Shown here: one piece after another, positions 25,266-38,501 of the stretch
Position numbering within the stretch: position 1 is the first letter of the stretch
Layout of the letters: each line of letters starts with the position of its first letter
DNA from: Hormiphora californensis
Taxonomy: Eukaryota > Animalia > Ctenophora
Direction of reading: 5' to 3'
NCBI GenBank assembly: GCA_020137815.1
Contig: CM035354.1
Span: 6,014,001-6,078,000, forward strand
Length of the DNA: 64,000 nt
The notes under the pieces: generated by a model
Database searches by the model: none
Told to the model about the DNA's origin: nothing
Seen by the model: the letters and a program-made list of their open reading frames with translations, nothing else
Position numbers and translations under genes: made by a program

Positions 25266-28200
25266 GATACCTCCATCGTTTCTGAACCCCCACCCCCCCC
25301 CGGGCCCTGGTCCTAATAACACAATGGTGTCTGATCGATCAGGGGGGGGGGCTAAGGGGGGCACCTGTGAGAGAGGATCATTGCCTCTCACACATCTGTC
25401 TACCTTTGATCACCAGTGGGTCGTTGGTAATTTAAAGCATTCCTCCAGTCTGTCTGTTATAGTCCCTTTCCAAGTTTCTCTCTCTCTATCTCTCTCTCTC
25501 TATCTCACTCTCTCTCACTATCTTCTGTCTGATTTCTCCCCTTTCTCTCCTCTCTGCGGCACCATCTGTTGAACCAGACTGCCATTGCTAACTGGTATAA
25601 CAGTGATAGTAACTAGAGAAAAGAGAAGGAGAGAGGGAGAGGGAGAAAATCTAATGGAAGTACTAAAAACACGACTCTTTCGTCACCTTGTACTAAAGAA
25701 GGACACCCCTGAAAATTAGAAAAACCATGCTGCCCTTTATAAAACAAACAGAATCGTTTATTGTTATGATATTATTGTCCACAGATGTTGTAAATCGACA
25801 ACAGAGAGACCGCGTCATATATAAGTATATATATGAAAGTATATAAGTGAAACTAGAGGGTTCTGTACAGAGTTTCTCTTTACTATTCACATCATTTACA
25901 TTCTAAAAATATAAGTAGTTGTTGAAGTTATTGAGAAGAAAAAGTGAGAAAAAAGGAGAAAATAAGAAATTGTTGTTTCGTGCAAACCAATTAGTTTGGT
26001 GGTTAATTAACTACCTATCTAATAGTTAGTGCCACACACTGGCCCTGCTGCTGGTTATTATTGGGGTGGGAGAAAGACGGCAAGTCTATCACAGTTCACT
26101 TCTTACTTCAGAAGAACTTCATAACTGATATTTTCTCGCGTTTTTTCTCTCTCTCTCCTCTCCCCTCCCTCCCTCTCTCCCCTCTCTTCCTCCCCTCTTC
26201 TCCCCTTTTCCCTCTCTTCTCTATCTCTCCTCTCTTCCCTCACTGTATGTATAATTTTCTATCATTCCTCCTTCTCTCTCAACTACGGAATCGTCTTTCT
26301 TTCTCCGGACAGAACAAAAATTAAGTCCTACTAACCACTAATAATCATATTATACACATTTGCATATAATTATTCATAATAAATACAAAATATTATAACT
26401 TGTAGTTACAGTGATTCATTCGGAGACAGGATGATGTATCTCTCGTGAAATATGTATATCTCGTGATAGTGGCGTTGCCCGCTCAACGGTTTAGAACGGC
26501 TTAGAAGGTTGAAAAGGAGATCTTAGGAGATGTAAGGAATATGAAGGACAGGGGAAATAATATTGCATATTGAACCATTAGATGATTGGAACCAAAACAT
26601 ATTGTAGGGGAGGTAGCGGGATGAAGAAATAGTGGTAGAAGTAGCGGGGAGGGGTTGGTAGAGAGAGTGAGATGAAGAAGCAGCGGGGAATATAATGTAG
26701 AGGGGAATATGTAGAGGGGGAGCTGTGTTGCGATTCCCCTGGGCAATATATTCCACATGTACCGCTACACGTTATAACATAATAGTGAAGATTCATATTG
26801 CCAATAGATTGTTATAAACAGACAACTCTAGCTTGCCCCTCCCTTTTCTTTTTCTTTCTCTCCCCTCCCTCATCTCTCGGCTCCTCCTCCGGTCTCTCTC
26901 GGGTCTCTCCTCTCTCTCCCCCCGCCCCTCTCTCTCTCTCTCTCTCTCTCTCGCTCCCCCTCTCTTTTCCTCTCTCTCTTTGATTATGATCTCCCTGGTA
27001 GTGTTGTCACGACATCCGATAGCCACGTGTTCCGGGCAATTTTTGATTAGATTTACTTTTGGTTTAAAATTCTACCTTTTGTCCGAGGGCCGAACCGATG
27101 CTCTTCCATAATGAACCGAGACCGACAGGTCGAGTAGTCTTTTTACTTAAGGCTCCCATGCGAGCCGCTAAGTGGTAAATACTACGGCCTGCCCAGCCCC
27201 TGTAGTGTAACTTTTGGGCCGAGTGACCCTTTTTTTTTTTTTTTCCCCCCCCCGGGGGTTTTTTTTTCCCCCCCTTTTTTTGTTGGTTTTTTTTTAAAGG
27301 GGTGTTTCCCCCCCCTTTCCCCCCCCCCTTTTTTTTTTTTTTGTTTAAAAGGTTTTTTTCCCTTTGCGGGGTCAAAAAGGGGGAAAACAAAGGGCCAGGG
27401 TAATTTTAAAATGGGTTTTTTCGGGAAAATTTAAAAGTACTTTTAAAGGAAGGGGGGTTGGAAACGAACCGGCAAAAGTCTTTTTCATTTACCCCCTCAT
27501 TTCTCCCTTTTTTTCCTTCCCCTCCCCCCCTCTTTTTTGTCCCTGTTTTTCCCCAAATTTAACCCCAAATGGGCGGTCTAACTCCCCCCAAAAAAGGGGG
27601 GTAAACCTTTTCCCCCCTTTGTGATTCTTTTTTTCCTTTTTCCAAACCTAAAAACAAAAAAATTTTTAATTTAAATTTAGAAAAATCGGGGAATTGAAAA
27701 ACCCTAACAAACACCTTATTTTCCAAAAAGATAATTTACAGGGGTTTTTTTTTTAATTTTCCCCCCCTTTTTTATTTCCCCCAGAACATTTTTTTTTTTT
27801 TTTTTTCCCCCCCCCCCCCCCTCACGTTTCAGCTTTAACCCCAAACAAAGCCTTTTCTTTTCCCTCCCCTTACAAAACCCCCTTTTTCCCCTTTTTTTTT
27901 TTCTCCCTCCTTTGGTTAAAATTTTTTGGTTTAAAGGGGGTCTGGCCTTAAAATTTAAATTTGGGGAAAGGAAAAAAAGGGACTCAAATTCTTAATTTTT
28001 TCTTTCTTCTCTTTCTCTTTTTTTTCTTTCTTTTCTTACCTGTTTTTCCTTCCCCCGTTTTACTTATCTCCCCATTTTCCCCTTTTTTGTAGGGGAGGAT
28101 ATTCATGAGACCTAAACGAGAATATTTTCACCCTTATCTGGCGTGAGTGTGTGTAACCCACTACTCACGTCTCACTCCTTTATTACTATGACAGCACCCC

Positions 28201-28811
28201 CTCCCCTCTCCAACTAATAAACCCTCCTTCATTACTGTGTTCATTACTTACCTCCCCCTGTCACTAGGTCAGTGCCGCAAAGAAAGGAACTAAAGCACCC
28301 TCTACACCGACTGAAGCCGCTATTGGGGAAGATAATGTTGGTTATAAGATGCTGCAGAAAGCAGGATGGAAGGAGGGAAGCGGATTTTGGTGCAAAATTT
28401 TGGTTTTCGGGTTTATCGAAAGCTCCTATTGATGGTGTGTAAGGGCGCCCCGACCGCCGCCGGGCCCCGAATCTGAGGCTGGCCCCGAGGCGCACTAAAG
28501 CCGCGCACATAGTCCCCCCAGGGGGGCAGATATTTGGCTGAATTTTTCTCAGTTTGAAACCCGCGAAACTCCAGCTTTTCTGAAGTAGTTTCCAAATCTG
28601 GGCCCAACCTGTTTATAGTTTACTGTTTCCATATTAAATAACCTTCCCTTCGGGGGGAAGTATAAAGCCAGGGTTGACTGGACTTGGGGCAGGAAAGCCT
28701 GATGATGTATCCGCTGAAGATGATGAATTTGATATTTACAGAAAACGGATGATGCTGGCCTACAGATACCGCCCCAACCCCATGAAGAACCCAAGAAGGG
28801 CTTACTACTAA
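21443..28811 (+). CDS. SUGP1: SURP and G-patch domain protein 1 (SF4) homolog, partial: exon ~21443-21599 and terminal exon ~28654-28811
   Basis: [26 protein letters not shown] with donor GTAAGG, and [43 protein letters not shown], match the conserved SUGP1 YDSDEE..GTWEH and C-terminal [20 protein letters not shown] motifs. Middle (G-patch) and 5' exons not located; the last acceptor reads CGG instead of CAG. Confidence 0.8.
27230..28090. other. Homopolymer-smeared tract, probable artefact
   Basis: Same run-inflated character as 13150-16400. Confidence 0.6.
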
Positions 28812-28885
28812 TGTGTTGTACACACAGAGAGAGACTCTTAAACTGAGACTTGTCAAGATAAAGGGGGAGAGAGGTTGTCATTTTG

Positions 28886-28947
28886 CTGTCTGGCGGCGCC
28901 AGACCCCAATTTGACAGTGCGCTCAGATGGGTCGCGGCGCCAGACAG
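28886..28947. mobile_element. 62-bp mini-MITE
   Basis: Ends CTGTCTGGCG...CGCCAGACAG; flanking direct repeat TCATTTTG at 28878-28885 and 28948-28955. Confidence 0.7.
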
Positions 28948-29849
28948 TCATTTTGCAACTGAGAGAGAAGTGGTGATGTAATAAGGAAGTGTATTTTCTT
29001 TTTGGCTGATTTTCACAGCTATGTTAAACGGTGGGGGACGTGGAAAGAGAGAGTGGGACAAGATATATTTGGAAAAGCAGGACTTTAAATCTGGATATTG
29101 GATATTTCTAAACACTCAATGTGCTTGTTTGTCATTCCCTTGTCCTCAATAGTAACTGTATATATAAGGTTAAAGTTAAACAACAAATCCATTGAGTTTA
29201 AGTTTGTTTCTAGACATCCCACAAAATTTGTGACACATGCTCGTGACTCGGGAGTCGTGTGTGACTGACGATTCAGTCTCGAGTTCTGCTCTTTAATTTT
29301 GAGCAGCCTAGCCCCGGTGTTTGTCAATCAAGCCTTTTACCACCTTGGTACTGAAGTAACCCGGCCGACCCGAACCCATCATGGTAGCATGCGACTGAGA
29401 TTTAGTTCCGATGCGCGGCTCCCACGCCATGGTCGTTGCTAACAATACCCCATTTCCATTGTCCTGTGTAAATGTTCGCGCGCGCTCTCAATCTGGTGTG
29501 GCATCCTCCAGATTGAAGGATCCCAGTGAAATTTCAGCACGTGGAAAAGTCTTCAGTTTCTCTCCCATTTCCCCTGCTCACTCCCTTCTCTCTCCCCCAT
29601 CCTCGCAAAGACAAGTAAGATTATACACAAACCACAACTCAGCACAGGATAAATCCCTTCCGGGGCTGCTGCATTTTACTAAAACAGTGCCAGCAATCTG
29701 ACACTTGGATACATTGCGATGGATTGGGACCCATAATAATAGTCCTTTACTAGCTGGGACTGGGTATGGGGAATTTGGATTATCTAGGTATGGGAAGATG
29801 AACTCAGAACTGGAAAGTTTGAAATTTCATGACTAAAGGTTTACAAAAT

Positions 29850-32100
29850 AAAAAAATTTGGGAAAATTTTTTCCCCCCTTTTGGACTCTAGCGCCGGCCC
29901 CGCTTGAGAACAGCTTTTGGCCAGTGTAGAACGATTTTTTTTAGAAATTTTGAATTACAGAAAACCAACAGGGAAAAAATAAAAAAATTTATTTTTATTG
30001 GGGATATCCCATCATAATTTCTCTTACCCCCCAAAGCATGTAGTACTTGAAATTACACACTTTTCTAGCACCTCTAGCCCTGTTCTTTTTGAGATTTCAA
30101 ACTTCGGGGGGGAGCGATAGAAAGAAATTTTTTAGACGTTTTAAAAGAAATTAACTTTTTTTCCCACTTTCCCATAATCCCCAATTCCCAATCCCAGGAT
30201 CACGCTTCAAAACGTAGTTTTCAGGTAATTTTTAGAAAAACGCCATTTTTACGATCTCTCGAAACCCTTTTTGACATGGAAAAAACCCAAATTCCCGATA
30301 AGGTTTTAAAAAGTTGGGAAAATTGGAAATTATGTTTTGGTTTTGGCATGAAAAAACCATTATTTTTAAATTTTGGAAAAATTTTTGGGTTTTCTTTTTT
30401 AAAAATTCCCAAAAAAGGGGAAAGGGAGGGGGAAGGAAAGGAAAGGGGGTGGTTTTGTTTAAATTTTTTCCCCCCCTTTTTTTCCTTTCCCCCCGGAAAA
30501 ACAAAAAAGGGAATTTCCCTTTTTTGGGGGAAATTTAAAAAAAAAAAAACCTTAGGCTTCGCCCTTTTTTCCCCCCCAAAACGAATTTTTTCCCCTTTCC
30601 CCAAAAAATTTTTTTTTTTTTTCCCAAATTTTTTTTTGGGGGTTTTTTTTTTATTTGGGGGAAAAAATAACCCCCCTTTAAATTTTCTTTTTGTGGTTTC
30701 CCTTTTCCTTTTTTTCCCCCTTTTTTCCCCCAAAATTTAAACCTTTTTTTCCCCGCCCTTTTCCAATTTTTTTTTTGGGGTTTTCTTTTCCAGTTTCCCC
30801 CCCCCCCTTTTTTTTTTAAAAAACCCCCCTTGGGAAAAAACTTTTTTTTCCCTGTGGGCCCCAAAAAAAAATTTTTTTTAAAAATTTTTTTGGGGGGGCC
30901 CCAAGCCCCAAAAGGAAAAAAAAGGGGGGGAAGTGGGGTTTGGAAAAAAAAAATTTCCCCTTTTTAACAAAAACCCCCCCCCCAAAAAAAAACCGGCCCT
31001 TTTTTCCCCCCCCCTCCTTCCCCCCCCCCCCCCCCCCCTCCCCCCCCCCCCCCTCTCCCTTCTCCCCTTTTCCCTCCCTCCCCTCCCTCTTTTCTCCCGG
31101 TCCCGGTTTCTCCCTAAATTGGATCCCCCCCCCCCCCTTTATCTCCCCCCTTTTTCTTTTTTCTTGTTTTTTGGGTATAAAGGCAAAGACCAAAACCCGA
31201 AAAAAATTTTTCTTTTTTAAAAAATTTTTGGGGGGGGGTTTTTTTAAAAATTTTTTTGGGGGGAAATTTAACCGAAGGGGATGAAAGCAAAAAAATTTTA
31301 ATCAAGAACCCCCCCCCGGGCCCCTAAAATTGTTAATTCCCAAACCTAAGCCCCGGCATTAAATTGGAATTTTAAAAATTTTCAGAGATCTCGATAAGAT
31401 TCACGTTTTTGGGAAAATTCTTGGATTTTTGGGGCCAGACGACGGGAGCGGGCATCCGGGCGATCCGGATTGGGGGAAAAGAAAGAGGGGGAGTGGAGAG
31501 AGAAATAAATCAAATTAGAGGGTTGAAATAAAAAAGGGGGGAAAAAAAGGAAAAAAATAAAGAAGGGAAAAGAAAAAAAGAAAGGAGGAGGATTTTGAAA
31601 GGGGGGGGGGAAAAAATTTTTTTTTCTTTCCTTTTTTAAAAACTTTTCCCCCCCTCTCCTCGATAGGGCCTTGTCCTATCTTCCCCCCCAAAGCCAATTC
31701 TAAATAGCCCCACAATCCCAAAAACCTTCACACTTCTATTTCAACTGAAAGAAAGAACCAAATTTTTGTTTTTTCCTCATTCCGCCAAAAGCAAAAAAAG
31801 GAAAGGGCCAAATGGGATAAAAATTTAAAGAAAGTTTTTAGGAATTTTCTAGCCCTTCCCCTTCCCCCGTTTCTTTGCCCCCCTTGAATTTTTTTTCCCC
31901 TTTCCCCAAAACCCCCCCCCCCTTTTTCCGGAACCTTCCCCGCCCCCCTTCTCCCCCCACCTCTCTCCCCCCTCGCCCCAAAAACCTGGGGGGGGGGGAA
32001 AAAAACCCTAAAAGGAAAAATTTTTTCCTTTTTTTGAAAAAAAGGGGGGGGAGAGAGGTATAAGAGTGAGAGAGAGAATGAGTTTTAACTTTCACAATTT
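29850..32100. other. Homopolymer-smeared tract, probable artefact
   Basis: Run-inflated sequence; K/G/F/P-only ORFs. Confidence 0.65.
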
Positions 32101-32374
32101 TTAAACACTATCTCTCTCAATCGATAGACTCGCTATCTTCCCAATCAAGGAGCACAATTGCTAAATAGCGACAGTACACACACTTCACACTTCATAATTA
32201 ACACGTGACCAACAGAAAGACATGTGTGTTATCTCTCGGCATTCTGCCACAAGAAGACAAAGCAGAACAGACAATGGTGGACGTGAAACTTAAAGAACAG
32301 TTTTAGGACCATTCTCTCTCAGTTCTCTGTCTCTCTCTCTCTCTCTCACACCCTCATACACTACACCGTACACT

Positions 32375-33782
32375 ATGTTTGTTCTTTGCTTTCTACTCCA
32401 TCTCTTTGCCCCGGCCCAAACTGCCACAATCCTCTTCACGACACCCTTCTCGGGGAGCCACCTTCACTACGCAGCCTCCCTAGCAACCATCCTTAGCAAC
32501 CACACCATCTACCTAGCAACCCCTGAGAGAGATGCAGTACTACCCAAATCAGATATGGATATCCGTCTTATAACTCCACAACACGAGGGAATGGGGTTCA
32601 CAACTGGGGATAGAGTGAGAATGGGAAGGGAGTGTATGAGAGAGATTGTTACTAAGACACCCTCCCATCTCACAACACCAGTTTACATTGGAAAGGACTG
32701 CAGGTTGGAGGCTTGGGATAACCTACTAAACCGATCCCGGCCTTTCTTCTCCTCTCTCCCATCCTCTCTTCCCTCCCCGCCTGATCTAGTTATCTGTGAC
32801 GATGCCAACATTGCAAGTGGTGCTGCCCTGGCCGAGAGATATGGGGTGCCCCTGATATGTAATGTTCCTTGGAACCACCCGCACCGATCCCACACTCCCC
32901 TCACTCTCCTCTCCACACCAACACTGTTCTGGCCTGATCTAGGCAGCACTGGGTTCAGTTTTATAGGACTTTTAGGTGCCCTCAGGAGGTGGTATTTGGC
33001 CAGCGCTTACTCATGATGATAGGGAGGGAAGGTCTTTGGAAAGGGTGGATTTGTTTGTGATTAATGAAGTTGGTATCTTCGCTCCACCGTACATTCTCCA
33101 TCCTGATACTGCGTTAATTGGAGGAATTCATCTTCGAACACCTAAACCTCCTACACCTACTACCACCTCTCTTCCAGCACCAAACACCATTTATGTCTCA
33201 TTCGGTTCCTATGCCATCCCTGAGCTGTTACCATGGTTACCCACCCTACTTCAAACTCTCTCCAAAACAGGAAGGGAGGTGCTAGTAAAAGTTAACACCC
33301 TGCACTCTCTCCCCATGATTGAAGGGGTAACCTATAAAACATGGCACCCCCAGGTATTCCTACTAGCTAGTGGCAGGATAACCCTATTTGTTTCTCACTG
33401 TGGTCAAAACAGTCGGATTGAGGCTCTAGCCCACGGGGTCCCAATGTTCTGTATACCCTTGTTTGGTGATCAGTACTTCTCTGCCCACCTTGTAGCCCAG
33501 GCAGGGTTTGGTGAGATACTAATGAAGGAAAATGTGAACGAGAGTGCGGTGAGAGAGAAATTGGGGTTGTTTGAGGAGGACAGTCCAGCGCTGACAAGGG
33601 CCAAGGAGTTGTTTTGGAGAACACCAGATACTAAACCGGACAGATTTGTATACGAAGTTGAGAAGTTGCTGAAATTTGGAAGAGAGGTAAAGAAGGAGAG
33701 GAGGATGGTTCATGGTGTCAGTTATCTGAATATGGGACTATTCCTAGGCACGGTTTGCTTATTTTTAGCCCTCCGTGGGTGA
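32375..33782 (+). CDS. UDP-glycosyltransferase (GT1/UGT family), intronless, one +1 frameshift near 32976-33016
   Basis: Signal peptide, SGSH catalytic-His motif, DLVICD, YVSFGS, UGT signature WHPQVFLLASGRITLFVSHCGQNSRIEALAHGVPMFCIPLFGDQ, C-terminal TM helix; AATAAA at ~33796. Two overlapping ORFs in adjacent frames. Confidence 0.85.
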
Positions 33783-35091
33783 TGGTTTCTCGTGGAATAA
33801 AAGTTGAGAGACAAAAAGACCAAGAGAAGGATGGAGATAGTAAAATATAGTGCAATAGTAACTTTGAGTAAAATGGGTAGCCGTGCCTTTATGTCAACTA
33901 CTCATCAACGTTTTTCGGACTTTACCATCCTTCTACATGGTGGTCTAAATGTGGTCACGTGGTATATGTCACGTGACTCCGTGGCATAACTTGACACAAG
34001 GAAGTTATTCAAGATGGCAACAGGCAGGTTGTTGAGAAAATGAGAAGGTGCTGAGAGGAGAGGTGCATATTGTTGACTGAACACTGAACATGGGGACATT
34101 TGACTGCCAATGAACCCATACATGTTATGAAATGTGATAGTCAGAGGACTGAAGTGGGTATCATATTTTGGGAATAAGGCTGGCATATTAATTATCGAAT
34201 AGGGTGGTACTGGACACTGGTAGGGTTGATAGGCCTATAATACCACTGCAGCTGTGCCCTTTAACTAGGAAGGGTGGATAAAAAGGTGGCCTGTCTTGTG
34301 TAGGGCGGGGGAGCCCAGGGGATGTGAGGGGGTGTTTGGAGTTGCGAGATCCCCTTAGGGTCACATGAGGCATAAATGCCACCATCCTGTTGTGTGGGGG
34401 GAATGATTAATGATAATGTTTCACAAGTAGAGGCCACTAAACTAAATGTTGGGAAACTTTTTCCGGGAGATTTTGGGGAAATGATGATGTTAATTTGCAC
34501 AACCGGCCACCAACCTATAACCAGTGATGCTATACATATGTGGTAATACCACATGGATAGCCTGGAATCTGGATACTATCAACCCGTATCTTACACACCC
34601 CCATTTAGAACTCTCTCCCTCTCACATATCCCTCCCTCTCTCTCTCTGTATCCCCCATGCTGCTGACTTTGGCACAGTTCCCCCATTACTGTCTATCTTT
34701 GGTGAGTGTGTATGTGCAGCTGTGTGCAGGAAGTCTACGCCGGCAGACCCCGACCAATAGGAACGCCCATATCGCATCACGTGACCGGTGCTGTCCAATG
34801 GGAGGGCAGTATTTGGGTCACGTGACGTCATATAGATCCACCGCAGGGGACGCAAGGTTTCCGGTTCTTTCTAAAAAGCTATAAAACTGTGTACCATGAA
34901 TGTATCAGGTGAGAGAGAGGGAGAGGGAGGGATAGAGGGGGGCTGGAAATTGAGTTGAATATCATGGGGGTGGAGTAAGGGGTTAACCAATTCCCTCCCC
35001 CTGCCACACTTTTCTCCACTCTTCCTCTCTAGCTATCAACCTCTACCCAGTACTGCAGGGGAGTGTAGACGCCTCAATATACACAGGTGGA

Positions 35092-35197
<106 letters not shown>

Positions 35198-36484
35198 TAG
35201 CAGTGTTGTGGTGGGTAGTGAGAACGGGGGAAAGTCTCTCAAAAACCAGTCCTTATTTCCTCCTCTAGACGGGTGAGAGAGAGAAATAGAGAACCAGTGC
35301 ACGAAGAGAGGGAGAGTGATGAACAATATTTGACGAGTGAGTTGACACAAAACAAAGTGGCAGTGTTGAACTATCCTAAAAGACCGTACTGCATGAAAAT
35401 ATGGAGCCAATAAGGTTTGAGTTGAGAGGACTGTGATAGTTCAACATTACCACAAATTAAGCAGACTTTGATTTACTAAGATTATTGCTCAAGAGATTAA
35501 TTATACAATGTTTAATTATATATTCATATTTCATATATATAATCTTTTGACTTTTATTAACAGTAATAATTACAGAGTGAGAAGGTCATTTCTCGGTGTG
35601 CAACTCTTTCTAGCCTCTTGTAAAATAGATTGATTTCGGAAAGATTCATTCTATATCATATTATGTTAAAACGATTTGATATATAGATTAGGAAAACTTA
35701 AAGCACTGTAATAAAGATCAAATTAAACGTGAAAGCAGCCTTTTAAGTCATTGAAGTCTTAGGCAACAATAATAACGGGGCTCTAGCTTACCGAGCAGGC
35801 TTCCAAGCAAATTCTCTATAATACGTGAATATATAATTTAGTCAGATGTTAAAGTGCCGATAGAGTGGTGTATAAATAAATATTGATATTAGAATAATTA
35901 ATTATATAAATCGGTAGAAACACCTCTTACTTTATACAGAATGCCTCACACATACACTCATGGGAGAGGAACTATAAACTTACATTTTATAGAGTGTGTG
36001 CGATATGTCTCTCAAAACGTTTCTCTGTATTACAAAAAATAAACCCTAACATAAGTATGTGTCTTAACGACTCTCTCTTTTCCCACGGCTGTGAATTGAA
36101 TATATCTTGGAAAAACTCACAAACAACTGTCAAAATAATAAGTATACACCGTTTTATTACTTAATGGGGTATAAAGCTTTACAAGAAGTAATATCTTAGT
36201 AGTATTCTAATAATTAGGGATTTCAGGTGGGATAACTTTTCTTAGTCAATAACTTTTTAAATAATAATTCCTGAATTTTAACGCTTGTGTATCTCTTATA
36301 ATGATAAGCGCAGCCAATTCAATAATTAACAACAATAGAAAAATAAAATCTAGTAATCATTAATCGTCTCACAAGATAAGAGTCTTTAACCGCTCCCTAG
36401 AAACAACAAAAACAGTCAGATTCCTCCTCTGACTGGCCACTGGGGTCCATCATATATCTGTCACGGGTCTCCACTGTCCAGTCC

Positions 36485-37913
36485 CTACCAGCCACTGCTA
36501 CGGAAGGGTTGCTGTTGCTGCTGCTCACTCGCGTTGTGTTGCATTTGCTCGATAAGGTGCTTCAGAGCATAGAACTTGAAGTCATCATAGCTGGGGGAGT
36601 TGTAGCCACTGTCTCGGGTCGGAGGGGCGGTTGTAGAGGTGGGAGATATGGCTGTGGACTCTCCACCGAAACCCTTAAATCCACCAAGAACTGAGGACTC
36701 TGTGGGTTTGCAAAGTCCGGCTGGAGGGAACACCTTGCTGGTCAGGGAGGAGGGTGTAGTGGTTCCAAATGGGGAGATGAAACCGTCAAGGGGTTTAGGA
36801 GGGAGCATCGGTTTCTTTAGGTCTACATCCACAAAATTCTCACAGTCATCGTAAATCCCACCTCCGGTCCTATCCGCAATGTACTTGTGTATCTCTCGTT
36901 CCGCTTCAGCGACATTCTCAGGAAGGCCCCGGATCTCAAAGATAGGGGCGTTGTTCTTGGCGGGAGTCATGATGAAGGTGTCTGTCTTGCTCTGGATACC
37001 CTTAATGTTGTGTCCCTTAGGTCCAACTACCAGACCGACATACTTGAAGGGGACCTCAACCAACTTGATCACTGCATCAGGGCCTAGTTGAGGGGTAATG
37101 GGGCTGTTGTTCTCTCGACCTTGTCGGATCTTGGTGAAGTGGTCTGCTGCCTCCTCAATCCTCCTCTTTGCTCGCTCGACATCTTCAGGGTAACCAGAAA
37201 TAGTGAACACTGGGTGGGGAGAATGGGGGTTAGACAGTGTCGTGAGGTTATTGTTAGACGGTGTCGTGAGGTTAGTCGGGGTTAGTATGGGGGTTTAGTT
37301 AGGAATAGCCCTGAGGTCAGGTGGGGCACTATAAGGGTAGGAGAGTGTGGAAGTGTAAGTAGTAAGTGTGTCTACTATTTCGCTTACACACTGAGCAGTT
37401 GTACACACGGTGTGCTCTTGGTAAAAGTGCAAATGTATATTTCCATCTCCGACTATGACCCACTATTTGTCCCTTCCTAAAAACTAAACTAACAACTAGA
37501 GAAAGTTGCCTACCTGGAGGCTGATCACGTGCAGGTGTCTGAATGTAGGTGTGGGTACTGACACGAAGAGACTTGATCTTGCAACCTGTGTGAAGAGAAG
37601 ACATGGTAAAATTACGGGAATTGAAAATACTGTATTCTGTTCCCACTAAATACCAATGACTAACGCGGAAATCGGCCGATATTAAATATTAGACAAAAAT
37701 TCCAGAATCCACTAGTTGCAATCACGATAGTTACCTACCTTGTTTTCCAACAATTTCAGCGACATGTTCAGAAGTTGGAACGGGAACTTTAATACACAGG
37801 GTGGGGGTTTTAGCGGACCCAACTGGAGTGGTCCCCTCAGAAAATAACGGAGAAAGCAACATTTCGTAGGTGTCAAGGTACAGAAGTTCAGGGAAATAAA
37901 CAGTTGTTGGCAT
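36485..37913 (-). CDS. MEX3: MEX3-family KH-domain RNA-binding protein (exons 37913-37739, 37585-37514, 37209-36485)
   Basis: VPVPTSEHVAEIVGKQG/CKIKSLRVSTHTYIQTP.../VFTISGYPEDVERAKRRIEEAADHF and a second KH VEVPFKYVGLVVGPKGHNIKGIQSKTDTFIMTP; two phase-1 GT-AG introns; ~1 kb AT-rich 3' flank. Confidence 0.92.
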
Positions 37914-38245
37914 GAGAGTTGGGACCGCGTGGTTTTAGGTCGTACATCCAGGAAGTCTTGCGGAGGACTGGACCTCTCGAATCACGGAGGAGCAGTCTCC
38001 TTGAGCCGCGCGATACGCCTCAGCACTGGCAATGTTAGATTTTAACGTAACGCGCGAAATTTTTCTGTTGTTATCTGCGCAACTTCAAAACATGGTTCGT
38101 GCGCGTAGATTTGAAAACGCGAGTTGAAAGTTTCAAAAGTTGCGCTTTTAAAAAAATTCACTTCTCTGAAACTTTCCGTATTTTTCTGCCTCACACCGTT
38201 GTTTGTAAGGAAACAGAGTTTTACGATTGCATAAAATATAGCACT

Positions 38246-38368
38246 TAAAGTCCGTTTCAAGCGACTTGACCCGTAATTCTTGGAATTGGGCGCATTGCGC
38301 GTGTATTTACAAAGGGGAAATCCTGAATTTCCAGGAATCTCAGGTCAAGTCGTTTGAAACGCACTTTA
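38246..38368. repeat. Imperfect inverted repeat (~43-bp arms) in the divergent MEX3/VDAC intergenic region
   Basis: TAAAGTCCGTTTCAAGCGACTTGACC... pairs with ...GGTCAAGTCGTTTGAAACGCACTTTA. Confidence 0.7.
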
Positions 38369-38501
38369 GAACACAGATAGGCACTCTTCTATCCTTTACG
38401 ATTTGATCTCTAAGTGTTTGAACCACTTAGACCATGCACCTTCTCCCGTACGGCCACCAAACATGTTTATCTATTTCCTCCCTACATTCTCTGATCCGCG
38501 C

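Noticed and set aside
23100-26760. Candidate SUGP1 G-patch exons (LSKMG at ~23170, NNIAY/GEGL at ~26555-26660)
   Set aside because: Matches are short, interrupted by stops and lack convincing splice sites.
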